From NCBI RefSeq assembly GCF_964194155.1, contig NC_135901.1, forward strand, positions 30,876,001-30,940,000: DNA of 64,000 nucleotides, read 5' to 3'. The position numbers and the translations under genes are program-made. Below, in pieces: positions 1 through 11,400 of the stretch. Under the pieces are notes generated by a model, which had not been told where the DNA came from, ran no database searches, and worked only from the letters and a program-made list of their open reading frames with translations. This DNA is from Cetorhinus maximus. Lineage: Eukaryota. Position 1 is the stretch's first letter. Each line of letters opens with the position of its first letter.

Positions 1-648
1 GCTTCCAGGCCATCACCACTGGCTGTTGAAATAAAGTTCTTCCCCACACCACCTTGTATCTCTAATCATGTAATTGAGCACTGTGTCTTACGCGCATTTT
101 TGGTGCAGTAATGTTGGGTCTATCTTAGGTGCAGCAGAGTGAGAATGGAGCGAGAGTGTGTGGGATGGAGATTACCTGCTTTTGGGGAATGAGAGAGGAA
201 AGAATGTTCCACAGAAATTAGAACTGTCTGTTCTGAATTTCGATCCTGTACTGACAATAATGACTTTTGTAAACTTCTTTAGCAGAATATTAGAAGGGGA
301 GGACTTGCAGACAGCAATCTCAAACCAAACATCACGTCAAGATCTGACAGACTCACTCGACTCATCGGGACCTGAATATGATCAGCCTTTGAATCTAGAA
401 GGAGAAATGTTTGTCTGTTCTGTCTGCTTGAAAAGGTTTAAAGCATCAGCGTGACTGCAAAAGCATGAGACACACACACATGATTGAGAGTGTTCCAGTG
501 CATTGACTGTGGAAAAGCTTTAACCAGTTTCAGGGCTTGAGAAAAACATCACACCATTCACAGCGGCGAGAGACCGTACACGTGTTCTGTGTGAGTACGA
601 GGCTTCAACTGATCGTAGAACCTGGAGAGACAGAAGGACACGCGCACC

Positions 649-1410
649 ATGGAGAAACCGTGGAAATGTGGGGACTGTGGGAAGGGATTCAGATCCCCAT
701 CTGTGTTGGAAACTCATTGGCGCAGTCACACCGGGGAGAGGCCACTCACCTGCTCTGAGTGTGGGAAGGGATTCACTCAGTCATCTCACCTGCAGACACA
801 CCAGTGAGTTCACACTGGGGAGACACCGTTCACCTGCCCTGAGTGTGGGAAGGGATTTAGTCAGTTATCCAGCCTGCAATCACACCAGCGAGTTCACACT
901 GGGGAGAGACCATTCACATGTTCTGAATGTGGGAAGAGATTCACTAATTCATCCCACTTGCAGAGACACCAGCGAGTTCACACTGGGGAGAGGCTGTTCA
1001 CCTGCTCGGAGTGTGGGAAGGGATTCATTGATTCATCCCCCCTGCTGGCACACCAGCGGGTTCACACTGGGGAGAGGCCATTCATCTGTTACGTGTGTGC
1101 GAAGGGATTCCCTCGGTCATCCACCCTGCAGACACACCAGCGAGTTCACACTGGAGAGAGGCCATTCACCTGTTCTGAGTGTGGGAAGGGATTCACTCGG
1201 TCATCCCATCTGCTGGGACACCAACGAGTTCACACCGGGGAGAAGCCATTCACCTGCTCTGAGTGTGGGAAGCGATTCAGTGATACATCCACCCGGCTGA
1301 GACACCAGCGAGTTCACACAAGGGAGAGGCCGTTCAGAGGCTCTGAGTGTGGGAAGAGATTCACTTGTTCATCCAAGCTGCTGACACACCATGACAGTCA
1401 CACTGATTAG
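649..1410 (+). pseudogene. C2H2 ZNF pseudogene, about 9 fingers
   Basis: ACC-ATG-G start at 649 ([10 protein letters not shown]). In-frame TGA at 805-807 (CGA>TGA in HQRVH). The finger frame continues to 1410. Leader runs from a splice acceptor at 284-285. Confidence 0.85.
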
Positions 1411-1437
1411 GGACCTTTTAGATGCTCTGACTGTGAT

Positions 1438-2580
1438 TGTCGATTATGTCAATTGAGGTTAAGTATATACAGGTGGACATCATGGATTGGATAGTTACTT
1501 GAGCACATATAAAGAGACCCTTACTGATATCGAGTGGAGTCGAGTCAGGAGATATATACTCGTAATGTTTCACTCAGTGAATAAATCTATACCAAGTAAA
1601 GATTGGCTCCGGTTTCTTCCTTCACCATCAGGCTGTGAGGATTATAACATGGTAACAGAGAATGCTTGTCGAATGGTGAAGGTTGGAAACTAAAGGAAAA
1701 TAAAACTTCACACAGAAACTTACAACCTGAGTAGTTTTTGTGCGAAATGGCTGAAAGCAAGTGGAAATTGTCAGGGTCTGATTACCCGCTGATGTTCTCG
1801 GAGTCTGAGCCACACGACCAGTGGAAGAATGAAGTGGATATGTGGACACGGGTTACGTCCCTACCAAGGAGGAAACAAGGTCTGGTCTTGGCATCGTCAC
1901 CTCCCAACAAAAGTAAAATCAGAAGCAAAGTATTTAGTGAGCTAGATGCCCGTCAGTTGGATACTGATGAAGATTTGGATCTTCTATTCGGGTTCATTGA
2001 TGAGATTTGCAAGAAAGATGATCTACTGGATGCCTATGAAGCATAGTTGGACTTTGACAGGTTTCAAATGAGGGTGAAAGCATCTTTAGCAGATCTGCAT
2101 ATCACAACAGAAGACAGGATTGGAACAGCACTAATAGGTGAATGAACCCCAGGGGTGACCAGGGAACAGTTAACAGGTGTTTCAGGTCTGACGCAAAATA
2201 TCATTATGTGATGAATTGCCCAAAGTGGAAAATCAGGGTCTTCAAAGTGACACATGATACAGAGAATTCTGAGGCTGAAGATGATGATGATGATCACTCT
2301 GAAGGAATTGTACTAGTCACAAGGAGCTTTGGTCCAGTGATGAGTGTGTTAGTCACAGACACATTCAACTGTGCTGTGTTAGACAGTGGCTGCACCTCGA
2401 CAGCATGTGGATTAGATTGGTGAAAATGTTACCCAGATTCACCTCGTACTGAGGATCGACGCAAGGTTAAGGAGTATGAAAGTTCTACTTGTCCTGGTTT
2501 GGTTATGTCAACGCATTGAAGTCACTAAAAAGAGTGGGGATTCCCTGCAAAATAACTGGAGTCAGCCTCTTTATCAGTGT
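1438..2580 (+). mobile_element. Ty1/copia-type LTR retrotransposon, 5' part (LTR 1438-1649, PBS 1650-1665, deleted gag, protease)
   Basis: TGT...AACA LTR with TATAAA and AATAAA. TGGTAACAGAGAATG resembles the tRNA-iMet PBS (TGGTAGCAGAGGATG). Degenerate knuckle CFRSDAKYHYVMNC and aspartic protease motif AVLDSGC. Confidence 0.8.
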
Positions 2581-2584
2581 TAAC

Positions 2585-2948
2585 TGTTAGACTTCACCCC
2601 GATGACACATTTGTGTAATTAATTATATTACCAAATTGTACTGTATGTAAGCTTAACGATGAACAGTCTTCAATTGCCTGTCTCTTTAACTTCCAGATAC
2701 TGTAATGTAGCTTTAAGGAAAAAAAAACTGGTGTTAAGGTCAGGAAGGGGTCAGAGCACCAGGTGTTCCAGGACACCCTGTTTAGATACAAGTTATAGTG
2801 CACAGTTAGAAGGGACTCCAAGCTGATTGGCTCAATTTGTTGTGGGGAAACAAGGAACACTTTTCCCATTGGTCAAGAGTCACAAATATTTGTTTAAGAA
2901 GTTGTTAGTTTTGTTGAACAGCTGCACCAACATGGGTTAAATGTTACA
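2585..2948. mobile_element. Possible solo LTR
   Basis: Bounded by TGTTAG...GTTACA and truncates the copia protease. No internal domains. Confidence 0.3.
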
Positions 2949-2964
2949 AAATTACCTTCAAAAA

Positions 2965-3340
2965 GGTCCATTTGGTAACTCGAGTCCATGCCGACTCTGT
3001 AGAGCAATCCAGTCAGTCCCATTCCCCCTCTATATCCCCATATCCCTGCAAGTTTATGGCCTTCAAGTGCCCATCCAATTTTCTTTTGAAATCGTTCATC
3101 GTCTCTGATTGCACCACCTCAAAGGCAGCGAGTTCCAGGTCATTCTCACTCGCTGTGTAAAAAAAACTTCTTCCTCACATTCTCCCCACATCCCTCACTT
3201 AAAACCTTCAACCTGTGTCACCTCGTCCTTGGCGGGAACAGCTTTTCTTTGCCCAGTTGATGTAAACCTGTCATAATCTTGTCCACCTCTATCAAATCTC
3301 CCCTCAACCTCCTTTGCTGCAAGGAGAACAGTCCCAGCCA
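2965..3340 (-). mobile_element. CR1-type LINE 3' fragment
   Basis: Minus strand reads GLFSLQQRRLRGDLIEV, followed by a typical CR1 3' UTR. Confidence 0.8.
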
Positions 3341-3739
3341 GAAGAAAGAAACAAGATATGTTCATGCCTGGAATAAAATGGGAATGTTTACAATTCCACT
3401 GGGCAGTGAAGGAATTGGAGTAACTCACCTTGGGTGTAGTTGAATGGAATAGATCAATCTGGTATCCATGTAGATTCTAGTGAAATTCAGGGAAGTGTAG
3501 ACAAGATGAATAAGTCGATAGCTTTCTCTTGGAAATGTTTATATCATTTGCCTCTGACCCCTTTTTTAAAAGAAAACCACAGTTGAAATCCTGGCCACTA
3601 CCTGAAATATCGGGACCGCACAGAGTGAGATCAGCAAAGCTCTTGAGGCAGACCCACCCCAACCCCCACCCCACCCCACACACACACACACCTCCGCCCC
3701 AACCCCCGCGTCCCACTGCCCCCATGAACTTTGGATAAG

Positions 3740-5213
3740 ATAGCATGAAAGTCAAAAAATGTCTGTCATGCTATTGGGATACCAGTGTACGTGCACATGT
3801 GATTTGTTCGATGTTCAGCAGCTAACAGAAGGAAATTCATGGTGAAATACATGGAGGAGTCCCAAACATACACAGTGACTTGACAAACAGTATGACATGA
3901 AATGGTTAATGTGGCCAGAGGAATGAGACAACATTTTGATGTGATCAGGGCATTGACACACACTCCAGAGAGAAACTGACTTTAAAACAGTCAGGATAGA
4001 ATTAAAGACACCAGTCATGGTTGAAAAGTGAATAAAACTAAACTGAAAGGGATAAAAAATTATGGATTGGGACAATGAAGAGCTTGGGAGAAATAATACT
4101 GAGTGACAACTCTCCACAAGTTGGTCAGGAGTAAGGAGAGAGCTGGAGAATCTTTTACATCCAGGCTTGATCTGTTGCTTGAAGCCAATGTCCTGATGTA
4201 CGAGTAACCTAGAACTCACAGCGCTCCTTCAGGAGAAGAAAAGATTGAGTAGATGTTACCCCAGGCGGGGCCAGCACAGAACTGGAAAATCATTGAGTGA
4301 GGGGTCGGAGAGAGAGTTCTCCTCCCCTCAAGGTGTGGGCTGTAAGAATCCTGGGGGACCCCCTACTTTGGGTTTTCTTGCTAATTAGTGAACATTTAAT
4401 TAATAACTCTGACAGGCTGTGCAATTATTTTAAATTTGATTATTACACTTCTCCTGTTTTTATTCCTGTTGTGATTAGGCTCTGGGTGAGGATGGTTGAC
4501 AGGTGACAGGATGGGAAATTGTGGTTTGGGTCTTCATTGACCAAATGTTTTATTGGTCCGAAAGGTGTAAAAGGGGCCAAACTTCAGCAGAAATCTGGCA
4601 GAGCTGAGAACAGACGAATTGCTATGTGGGAACAGGGAGATGAACAGCTCCCAGAGGACAGAGAAAACAAGAGTGCCTTGAATCCTAGACGACATCTGGG
4701 TATCGAGGCCACCATGTTTTCATTGCTTGGCATGGGAATGCTGACTCCCTGTACCGGGGACGGAGCGTGGGAAGCCAATTGTTTGAGAGTTTGACGTGGC
4801 TTGGGCAGGTACAGATGGTTCAATGACAGGTTTTGTAATTGGTCCGTTCAAATGTTAGCTCAGCAATGATTGGGTTAAATCAGTCTCCATAGACTTTGTG
4901 ATGTAAAAAAGTATCAGAAGGGATTCCCCGAGCACAGAGATTTGTAGAGGTTTTACATATTGCATGACTAGTGCCATGGCATCTGGGGCAGACCAGGGAG
5001 CATTTACGTGGAGATGGTGCTTCTACCCAGAGTGTAATGGTAATGCTGCTGCACTTTGATACTACTGCTCAGACATGAGCATGTGTCAAGTCTTATTTAT
5101 ACTGAATAAAATCTAACCATTGCCACCAATAAGGGTTATCATTGTGAATCATTTCAGAGTTTGGGAAAAGGGAATAAAGGGTTAATTGACTCCCTGAACC
5201 CCATCTTCTAACA
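3740..5213 (+). mobile_element. Degenerate LTR-element 3' region with probable 3' LTR (about 4943-5213)
   Basis: Weak integrase-like remnants (GIP, MVEK, FIGP). TGTA...TAACA block with AATAAA. The paralogous site at about 13295 lacks this block. Confidence 0.35.
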
Positions 5214-5519
5214 TCGCTGTGTCAAAAATAAAATCTCATCTCGCCCTCTGGCTCCTTTGCCAATTACCTTAGAAGGTCTCACTTTCTGTTAAAGAGCCTG
5301 CCAACCCCTCTCACCCACTTTCCCTAAAGTGCAGATATCTAATCATGAAAAGTCCAGCAAAATAAAATACATTTACTGATAAGGTTTATTCATGAAACAG
5401 GACATGGTTAAAAAAAAAAATTACTTGAGGATCAAAGACAACCAGAGTAAAAGGATGTGCACAATGTTCTCGACCCAAATGGTTTCTCTTTAGTTCATCT
5501 GTCCCCTGTTTGCTGCCCT

Positions 5520-6066
5520 CTTTGTGGAACACCTCCGCTCAGTCGACAAGCATGACCCTGACCTTCCAGTTGCTGCCATTATAATTCACCACCTTGCTCA
5601 CATTTCTGTCCTCGGCCTGCTGCAATGTTCCCGAGAAGCCTAACACAAGCTAGACGAACAGCACCTCATCCTCCGATGAGGCACTTTACAGCCTTCTGGA
5701 CTCAACATTGAGTTCAACAACTTCAGACCCTCAACTATGTACTCCGTTTTGATTCCTTTCTTTTGCCAAGTGCCAGTGTGCGTCTTGTTTTCATGATTTT
5801 TGCTTTCAGACAGAGCTGTCCTTTATTCTGCCATTAACACTTTCTCTGGATCAATACTTTGTTTCTTTACTACAACCATTACCTCTCCCTTTGCCTTTTG
5901 TTCCATGACATTTTTGTTATTTAATCTCACTCGCCCTCTAATCAATCCCTGACTTTCCCTCTTGTTCTACCTGACCCTCCCCCCTTTCTCACCAGCATCA
6001 AACCCATCACATTTCTCCCTCTCTGAAATTCTGAGGAAGAGTCATGTTGGACTCGAAACATTAACT
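5520..6066 (+). mobile_element. Penelope-like element 3' fragment
   Basis: GIY-YIG C-terminus remnants (EHLRSV..HDPDLPVA; GLNIEFNNF) and a 3' hammerhead motif. Confidence 0.85.
6027..6066 (+). ncRNA. Minimal hammerhead ribozyme motif (Penelope-type)
   Basis: CTGAGGA-a-gagtc-atgttg-gactc-GAAA-cattaac: both core boxes and stem II are present. Confidence 0.6.
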
Positions 6067-6250
6067 CTAGAGGAAATGTGCACTCCCAGGCTCAAAGTGC
6101 ATCAGCCCACTGGGAGCAAAGTCGTGAGACTGGCCAGTCCAGCAGAAAGAAACCCTCCGACCCTCCCATTTCACCAAGTGTCAGAATGAACATGGTTCAG
6201 TCCTGGATGTGATTAACAGCAGCAATAACAGCAGAATCCAACCCCGGTAA

Positions 6251-7040
6251 TCACTTGTGAACTCGCTGGTGTCTCAGCAGATTTGATGACTGAGTGAATC
6301 TCCCACACACGGAGCAGATGAACGGTCTCTCCTCAGTTTGAACTCTCTGCTGCCTCAGCAGGGCAGATTAAACAGTGAATCCGCTCCCACGCTCAGAACA
6401 GGTGAACAGTCTCTCACCAGTGTGAACTCGCTGGTGTGTCCGCAGGTTGGATATTTGACTCATATATTTGAGTCAGCAGCGTGGATAGATGAGTGAATCC
6501 CTTCCCACACTCAGCGCAGATAAATGGTCTCTCCCCAGTGTGAACTCGCTGGTGAGTCAGCAGGTTGGATGATTCACTGAATCGCTTCCCACACTCAGAA
6601 CAGGTGAATGGTCTCTCACCGGTGTGAACCCGTTGGTGTGTCAGCAGGTGGGATAACTGAGTAAATCCCTTTCCACACTCGGGGCAAGTGAACGGCCTTT
6701 TCCCAGAGTGAACTCGCTGGTGTGTTCGTAGGTTGGATGAATCGCTGAATCTCTTCCCACACTCAGAGCAGGTGAACGGCCTCTTCCTGGTGTGAACTTG
6801 CTGGTGTGTCAGCAGGTGAGATAACTGATTGAATCCCTTACCACAGTCGGAGCAGGTGAACAGCCTCTTCCCAGTGTGAACTCGCTGGTGTGTCTGCAGG
6901 TTGGATGAATAAGTGAATCCTTTCCCACACACAGTGCAGGTGAATGGCCTCTCCCCAGTGTGACTGCGTCGATGAGCTTCCAATTCAGATAGGGATCTGA
7001 ATCCCTTCCCACAGTCTCCACATTTCCACGGTTTCTCCAT
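6251..7040 (-). pseudogene. C2H2 ZNF, 7 fingers then frameshift; probable pseudogene
   Basis: ORF 6414-7040 (MEKPWKC...) is broken near 6460. Remaining fingers run to the family stop at 6251-6253. The family splice acceptor is mutated (cag>ccg, about 7401). Confidence 0.8.
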
Positions 7041-8241
7041 GGTGCGGGTGTCCTTGTGTCTTTCAAGGTTCGACGATCAGATGCATCTTCCTCCACACAC
7101 AGGACATAAGTGTGCTCCCTCCGCTGTGAATGGTCCAATGTTTTACCAGACTTTGTAACTGGTGAAAGCTCTTTCCGCAGTCAGTGCACTGGAACACTCT
7201 CACTCAGGTGTGTGCGTCTTCATGCTATCTTGGTCAGGCAGATGTTTAAAGTCTCCACAAGCAGGTAGGACTGAGAAACATCTCTCCTTCTAGATTCAAA
7301 GGCTGATAATATTCAGGTTCCATGAATCAAATGACTCTGAGACCTTGAAGTTACGTTTGGTTTTGAGTTTTCTGTCTGCAAATCCTCCTCTTCTGATAAC
7401 CGGTAAAAGGAGATTAGATAAATCATCACTGTTGCAACAGGATAGAAATGCAGAACTGACAATTTTAGTTTCTGTAGAACACTGTGTGCTCTCCATTCTC
7501 ACTATGCCATATTCACCCAGTAGTCCTGCACTAAAAATGTGTGTAATATAAAGTAGTCTATTACATGATTAGAGGTACAATGGGGTGTGAGGGAGAACTT
7601 TATTTTGGCAGTGAGTGGTGATGACCTGGAACTCGTTGCCTACGAGGGTGGTGGAAGTGGAGGCGATCAATGATTTCAAAATGAAATTGGATCAGCACTT
7701 GAAGGAAATAAACTTACAGGGGAATGGGGATATAGAGGGGGAATGAGACTGACTGGATTGTTCCACAGAGAGTCGGCATGGACTCAAATTATCGAATGGA
7801 CTCCTTCTGTGCCGTGATGACTCTGACTGGAAATATATAACGCAGCTACAGTGCTATATTACAAGACTAGAAATCAGAATACATTAAGTTTAAATGACCA
7901 TAAATAATATATCTACGATGCACCATATAACACTAGACATATCTCTGTCCTAAATTAATTTACTGTTCCCTTAAATGTCAGCCATCTCCTGGGGGAACCT
8001 CCCCTTTCATTGTGAACATTAGGAAAGAGACCATCCTTTTAGCCAGACAAATAAATGTGTCAAGCTGAGGGAGCAAAGGATGTCAATGTCTTTAAGAGAG
8101 AGAGAGAGAGAGACCTGGGCCAACCTTTCCAGAGTCTGCACCCTCCCTGGATTCACTTCCTTTCCCTTCAGTTCCTGCAAGTCAACAATTTCCCCCCAGA
8201 ATGAGAAAAGAAATGGAAAGGGGGAGAAGAGAAAGTGTTTT

Positions 8242-8770
8242 ACTCACAGATGTTGGACACAGGAGGAAGTTTCAGTCTGTGTGAAGCTCAATCTTCATTC
8301 ACACAAAGCCCGCGCTCTGATTGGCTGGAGAACCAGAGTCTTTTCCCATTGGTCAATTTCTCGCATGAAAACAATGGAGCAGCGAAAGCCTTCGTGGGCC
8401 CGGGAGACCCTTTGACCCCCAGGACGAAATGAGCGTTTGGCGAATGGGAAACGCCATTCTCTGCACATGCGCAACTTCCTCTCTTCCTCGGACATGCGCA
8501 GTCCCGGGGCGCTCGCATAGAGCGGTTTCTCCAGCGCGGGCGATTGTGGGAGCTGCAACCGCCATTACTCATCCGGCCCCATCTCCGAACTCCTGGAACT
8601 GGGATGGAAAGTGGGGGTGAGGGACGCAGTGACCCCGCCCAGAAACAAAGTACACGTGGGTAGTCACTGGATTTGATTGTGACGCCCCCTTAGCAAAACA
8701 ATTTTTTTAACTTCAGGTGTAAAGATTTAGACACCTGGGTGACATATTGGGGAGGGCAATAGGTGAGTGT
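8242..8770. promoter_or_regulatory. Bidirectional promoter module, type B, with non-coding first exons
   Basis: Minus-strand donor GTGAGT at 8242-8247, CCAAT at 8320-8324, CpG-rich core with CATGCGCA (NRF1-like) and CTCCCACAAT (ZNF143-like, minus strand). Plus-strand donor GTGAGT at 8763. Paralogous to 47.8-48.7 kb. Confidence 0.7.
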
Positions 8771-8989
8771 GAAACTGAACCCGAGAGTCAGCACCTTCAG
8801 GGGAGGAGAATTAGGAAGAATCTGGAGGAGGATAGTAGCATGAATTAGTGCGTCAATCAGTCGGGAGGAGGGAGTGTGCGGGAGACAGAGATTTTGAGTT
8901 TGAGAGGGAGATTCATGTTCAATTTAAACCACAATTATCAATTCTGAATTTCGCTCCGGTACCAGCAGTGATGATTTGATGACGTCAAC

Positions 8990-9790
8990 CCTCTCGCACC
9001 CGTTCTTACTCTGAAAGTTCTTCATGAAGTCAGCCCTCAGCCTTCTCTTTTCCAGGGAAAAAGTTCCCAGCCTGTTCAATCCATCCTGTAACTGAAACAC
9101 TCTCAGTTCTAGGATCATCCTTGTGAATCTTTCTTGCACTTTCTCGAGTTCCTCTCTGCCCTTTAGAAAATAATGGGCACCCGGAACAGTTCACAATGTT
9201 ACAAGTGTTGTCTAACCAATGCTCGATACAAGTTTAACCTGACTTCTCTGCTTTTCAATACTATTTCTCCGGAAATGAGCCCCATATATGGGCCCCACAA
9301 TTCAGGAAGGATGTCAAGGCCTTGGAAAGGGTGCAGGGATTTAGTACAGGAATAAGGAACTTCAGTTGTGTGAACACACTGGAGAGGCCGGGATTGTTCC
9401 CCTTAGAGCATTGAAAGCTCAGATGAGGGTTGATAGAGGTGTTCAAGATCATGAACGGTTTACATCGAGTAAATAAACAGAAACTTTCCATTGGCAAAAG
9501 GGTCGTTCACCAAAGGACACATATTTAAAGTGATTGACATAAAAGCCAGAGGGGAAATGAGGAAGATAAATCTTTACACAGTGAGGTGTTGTGATCCGAA
9601 ATGCACTGCCTGAAAGGCTGATGGAAGCAGATTCAACAAAGGGAATTGGAGAAATTCTGGAAGGGGACTAGTTTGTAGGGCTCATGGGGAAAGGGCAGGA
9701 TAGTGGGGCTAATTGAGTAGCTCTTTCAAAGATCCAGCACAGGCACTATGGGCCGAATAGCCTCCTTCTGTGCTGTGAGATTCTGTGATG
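8990..9790. mobile_element. CR1 3' fragments in inverted arrangement
   Basis: Minus arm 8990-9280 (FSLEKRRLRADF). Plus arm 9285-9790 ends in a CR1-type tail. Confidence 0.75.
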
Positions 9791-10164
9791 ACAGATAAAT
9801 AAAAGCGTGTCTGTAATATGTACGGTGATGTCAATAATATCTGGAATTCTCTTTGTGGTGTTTCAGAATTTTATCCCTTTCCTTCCAGTTTAGTTTCAGA
9901 CAAAGAGAACAAAAGCAAATCACTTTCAGTACATTGAGCAGCCCCGATGTCTATTCTCAGCCAGGGGGGAAAGGGCTGGATTCTTAGACCAGCAAGTCAA
10001 GGTACCCTCTTTAAATGGCCACTTCCCACAATGGATTCAGTGGCCTCTGAAGGGAAGCAGCCTCGGTCCACACTGGGAGTTCCTGCCCCCCCAGTCAGCT
10101 GGCTCGTGCTGGCTCATGCTCCTGCTGGACGATCTGTCTGTGAGGATAGGAGAGTGTCAGTTTA

Positions 10165-10608
10165 GAAAGAAACCTGCATTTATATAGCACCTTAGGGCAT
10201 CTCAATGAGTTTCACTGCCGATGAAGCTCTTTCTGAAGTGTAGACACTACAGGAAACGTGGCAGCCAATGTGTACACAGCAAGATGCACAGAGGGCAATG
10301 CAATGATGACCACATCATCTGTTTTTACTGATGTTGGTTGAGGGATAAATATCGGGCCCCAGGACACCGGAGGGTGAACTCCTCCACCTCCTACTCTCCT
10401 TCCAGTTGTGACCATTCAGTCTTGTACATCCACCTGAGAGGGTTAATGCTTCACTTGAAAGATGGTCCCTCTGACAGGATGGCTCCCCCTCAGTACTGGC
10501 ATCGGGAGTGTGGGCCCTGGATTATGGGGGCTCGAGTCTCTGGAGTGGGGATTCGAACCCCCCACCTCCTGACTCAGAGGCGAGAGTGTTACCCACCATC
10601 ATGCCGTG
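10165..10608 (-). mobile_element. tRNA-derived SINE with L2-like tail (DeuSINE/SacSINE-like)
   Basis: Minus-strand head with B box GGTTCGAATCC. Tail AAGGTGCTATATAAATGCAGG is shared with the L2 end at about 12830. Confidence 0.75.
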
Positions 10609-10634
10609 TTGAATAGAATCAGTGAGCTGGTGTT

Positions 10635-11400
10635 CTAGAATCATGGAATGGTTACAACACTGAAGGAGGCCATTCAGCCCATTGTGTCTGTGCCAGCTCT
10701 CTGCAAGAGCAACTCACCAGGAGCCAACCTCCCCCACCTTTTCCCCATAACCCTGTCAATTTCTGCTCTTCAGATAATGATCCAATTCTCTGCTGAAAAC
10801 CATGAGTGAATCTGCCTCCACCAGCCCCTCAGACACTGTATTCCGGATCCGAACCACTTGCTGTGGAATGAAGTTTCTCCTCGTGTCGCAGTTGCTTCTT
10901 TTTCCGATCATCTTAAACCAATGTCACCCGGGTCTCGCTCCTTCCACCTATGGGAACAGTTTCTCTCTTTCTGTTCTGTCCAGACTCCTCATGATTTTAA
11001 CACCTCAATCAAATCTCCTTCCAACTTTCTCTTCTCCAGGGAGAACAGCCCCAGCTTCTCCAATCTATCCACGTCACTGAAGTTCCTCATCCCTGCGACC
11101 GTTCTCGTGAATCTTTTCCACACCTTCTGAAAAGCCTTCACATCCTTCCTAATCTGTGGCGCCCAGAACTGGACACAATGCTCCAATGGAGCCCGAATCA
11201 CTACTTTATACAGGTTTCTCATAACTTCCCTGGTTTTGTATTCAAAGCCCCTGTTTATAAACCCCCAGGATCCCGTTTGTTTTATTAACCGTGCTCTCTA
11301 CCTGCCCTGTCACCTTCAGTGATTGGTGCCCCTATACTCACAGCTCCCTCTGCTCCCTTTAGAATTGGATCCTTTATTATCAATTGTCTCTCTCTGTTCT
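10635..11400 (-). mobile_element. CR1-type LINE 3' fragment
   Basis: ORF 10989-11222 (LEHCVQFWAPQIRKDV...LGLFSLEKRKLEGDLIEV) plus 3' UTR. Confidence 0.85.

Noticed and set aside
452-612. Selenocysteine or programmed readthrough at the conserved leader TGAs
   Set aside because: Leaders carry frameshifts and TAA stops in many copies, one copy has CGA (consistent with CpG decay), and I found no canonical SECIS spacing in the 3' UTR by eye. SECISearch3 would settle it.
668-1300. Long alternative-frame ORFs with [14 protein letters not shown] repeats (also 15900-16607, 27080-27628, 58986-59366)
   Set aside because: They are shifted-frame shadows of the 84-bp finger repeat, with no independent evidence of coding.
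8080-8432. Recurrent ORFs MSMSLRERE... and MFYSQMLDTGGSF... at promoter modules
   Set aside because: They use non-ATG starts, lie antisense to exon 1 and the intron, and change frame with (GA)n length. The recurrence reflects DNA duplication.
10520-10608. tRNA gene (also 26356-26430 and 52660-52730)
   Set aside because: B-box-bearing heads continue into SINE body and tail sequence, and no complete cloverleaf is evident.
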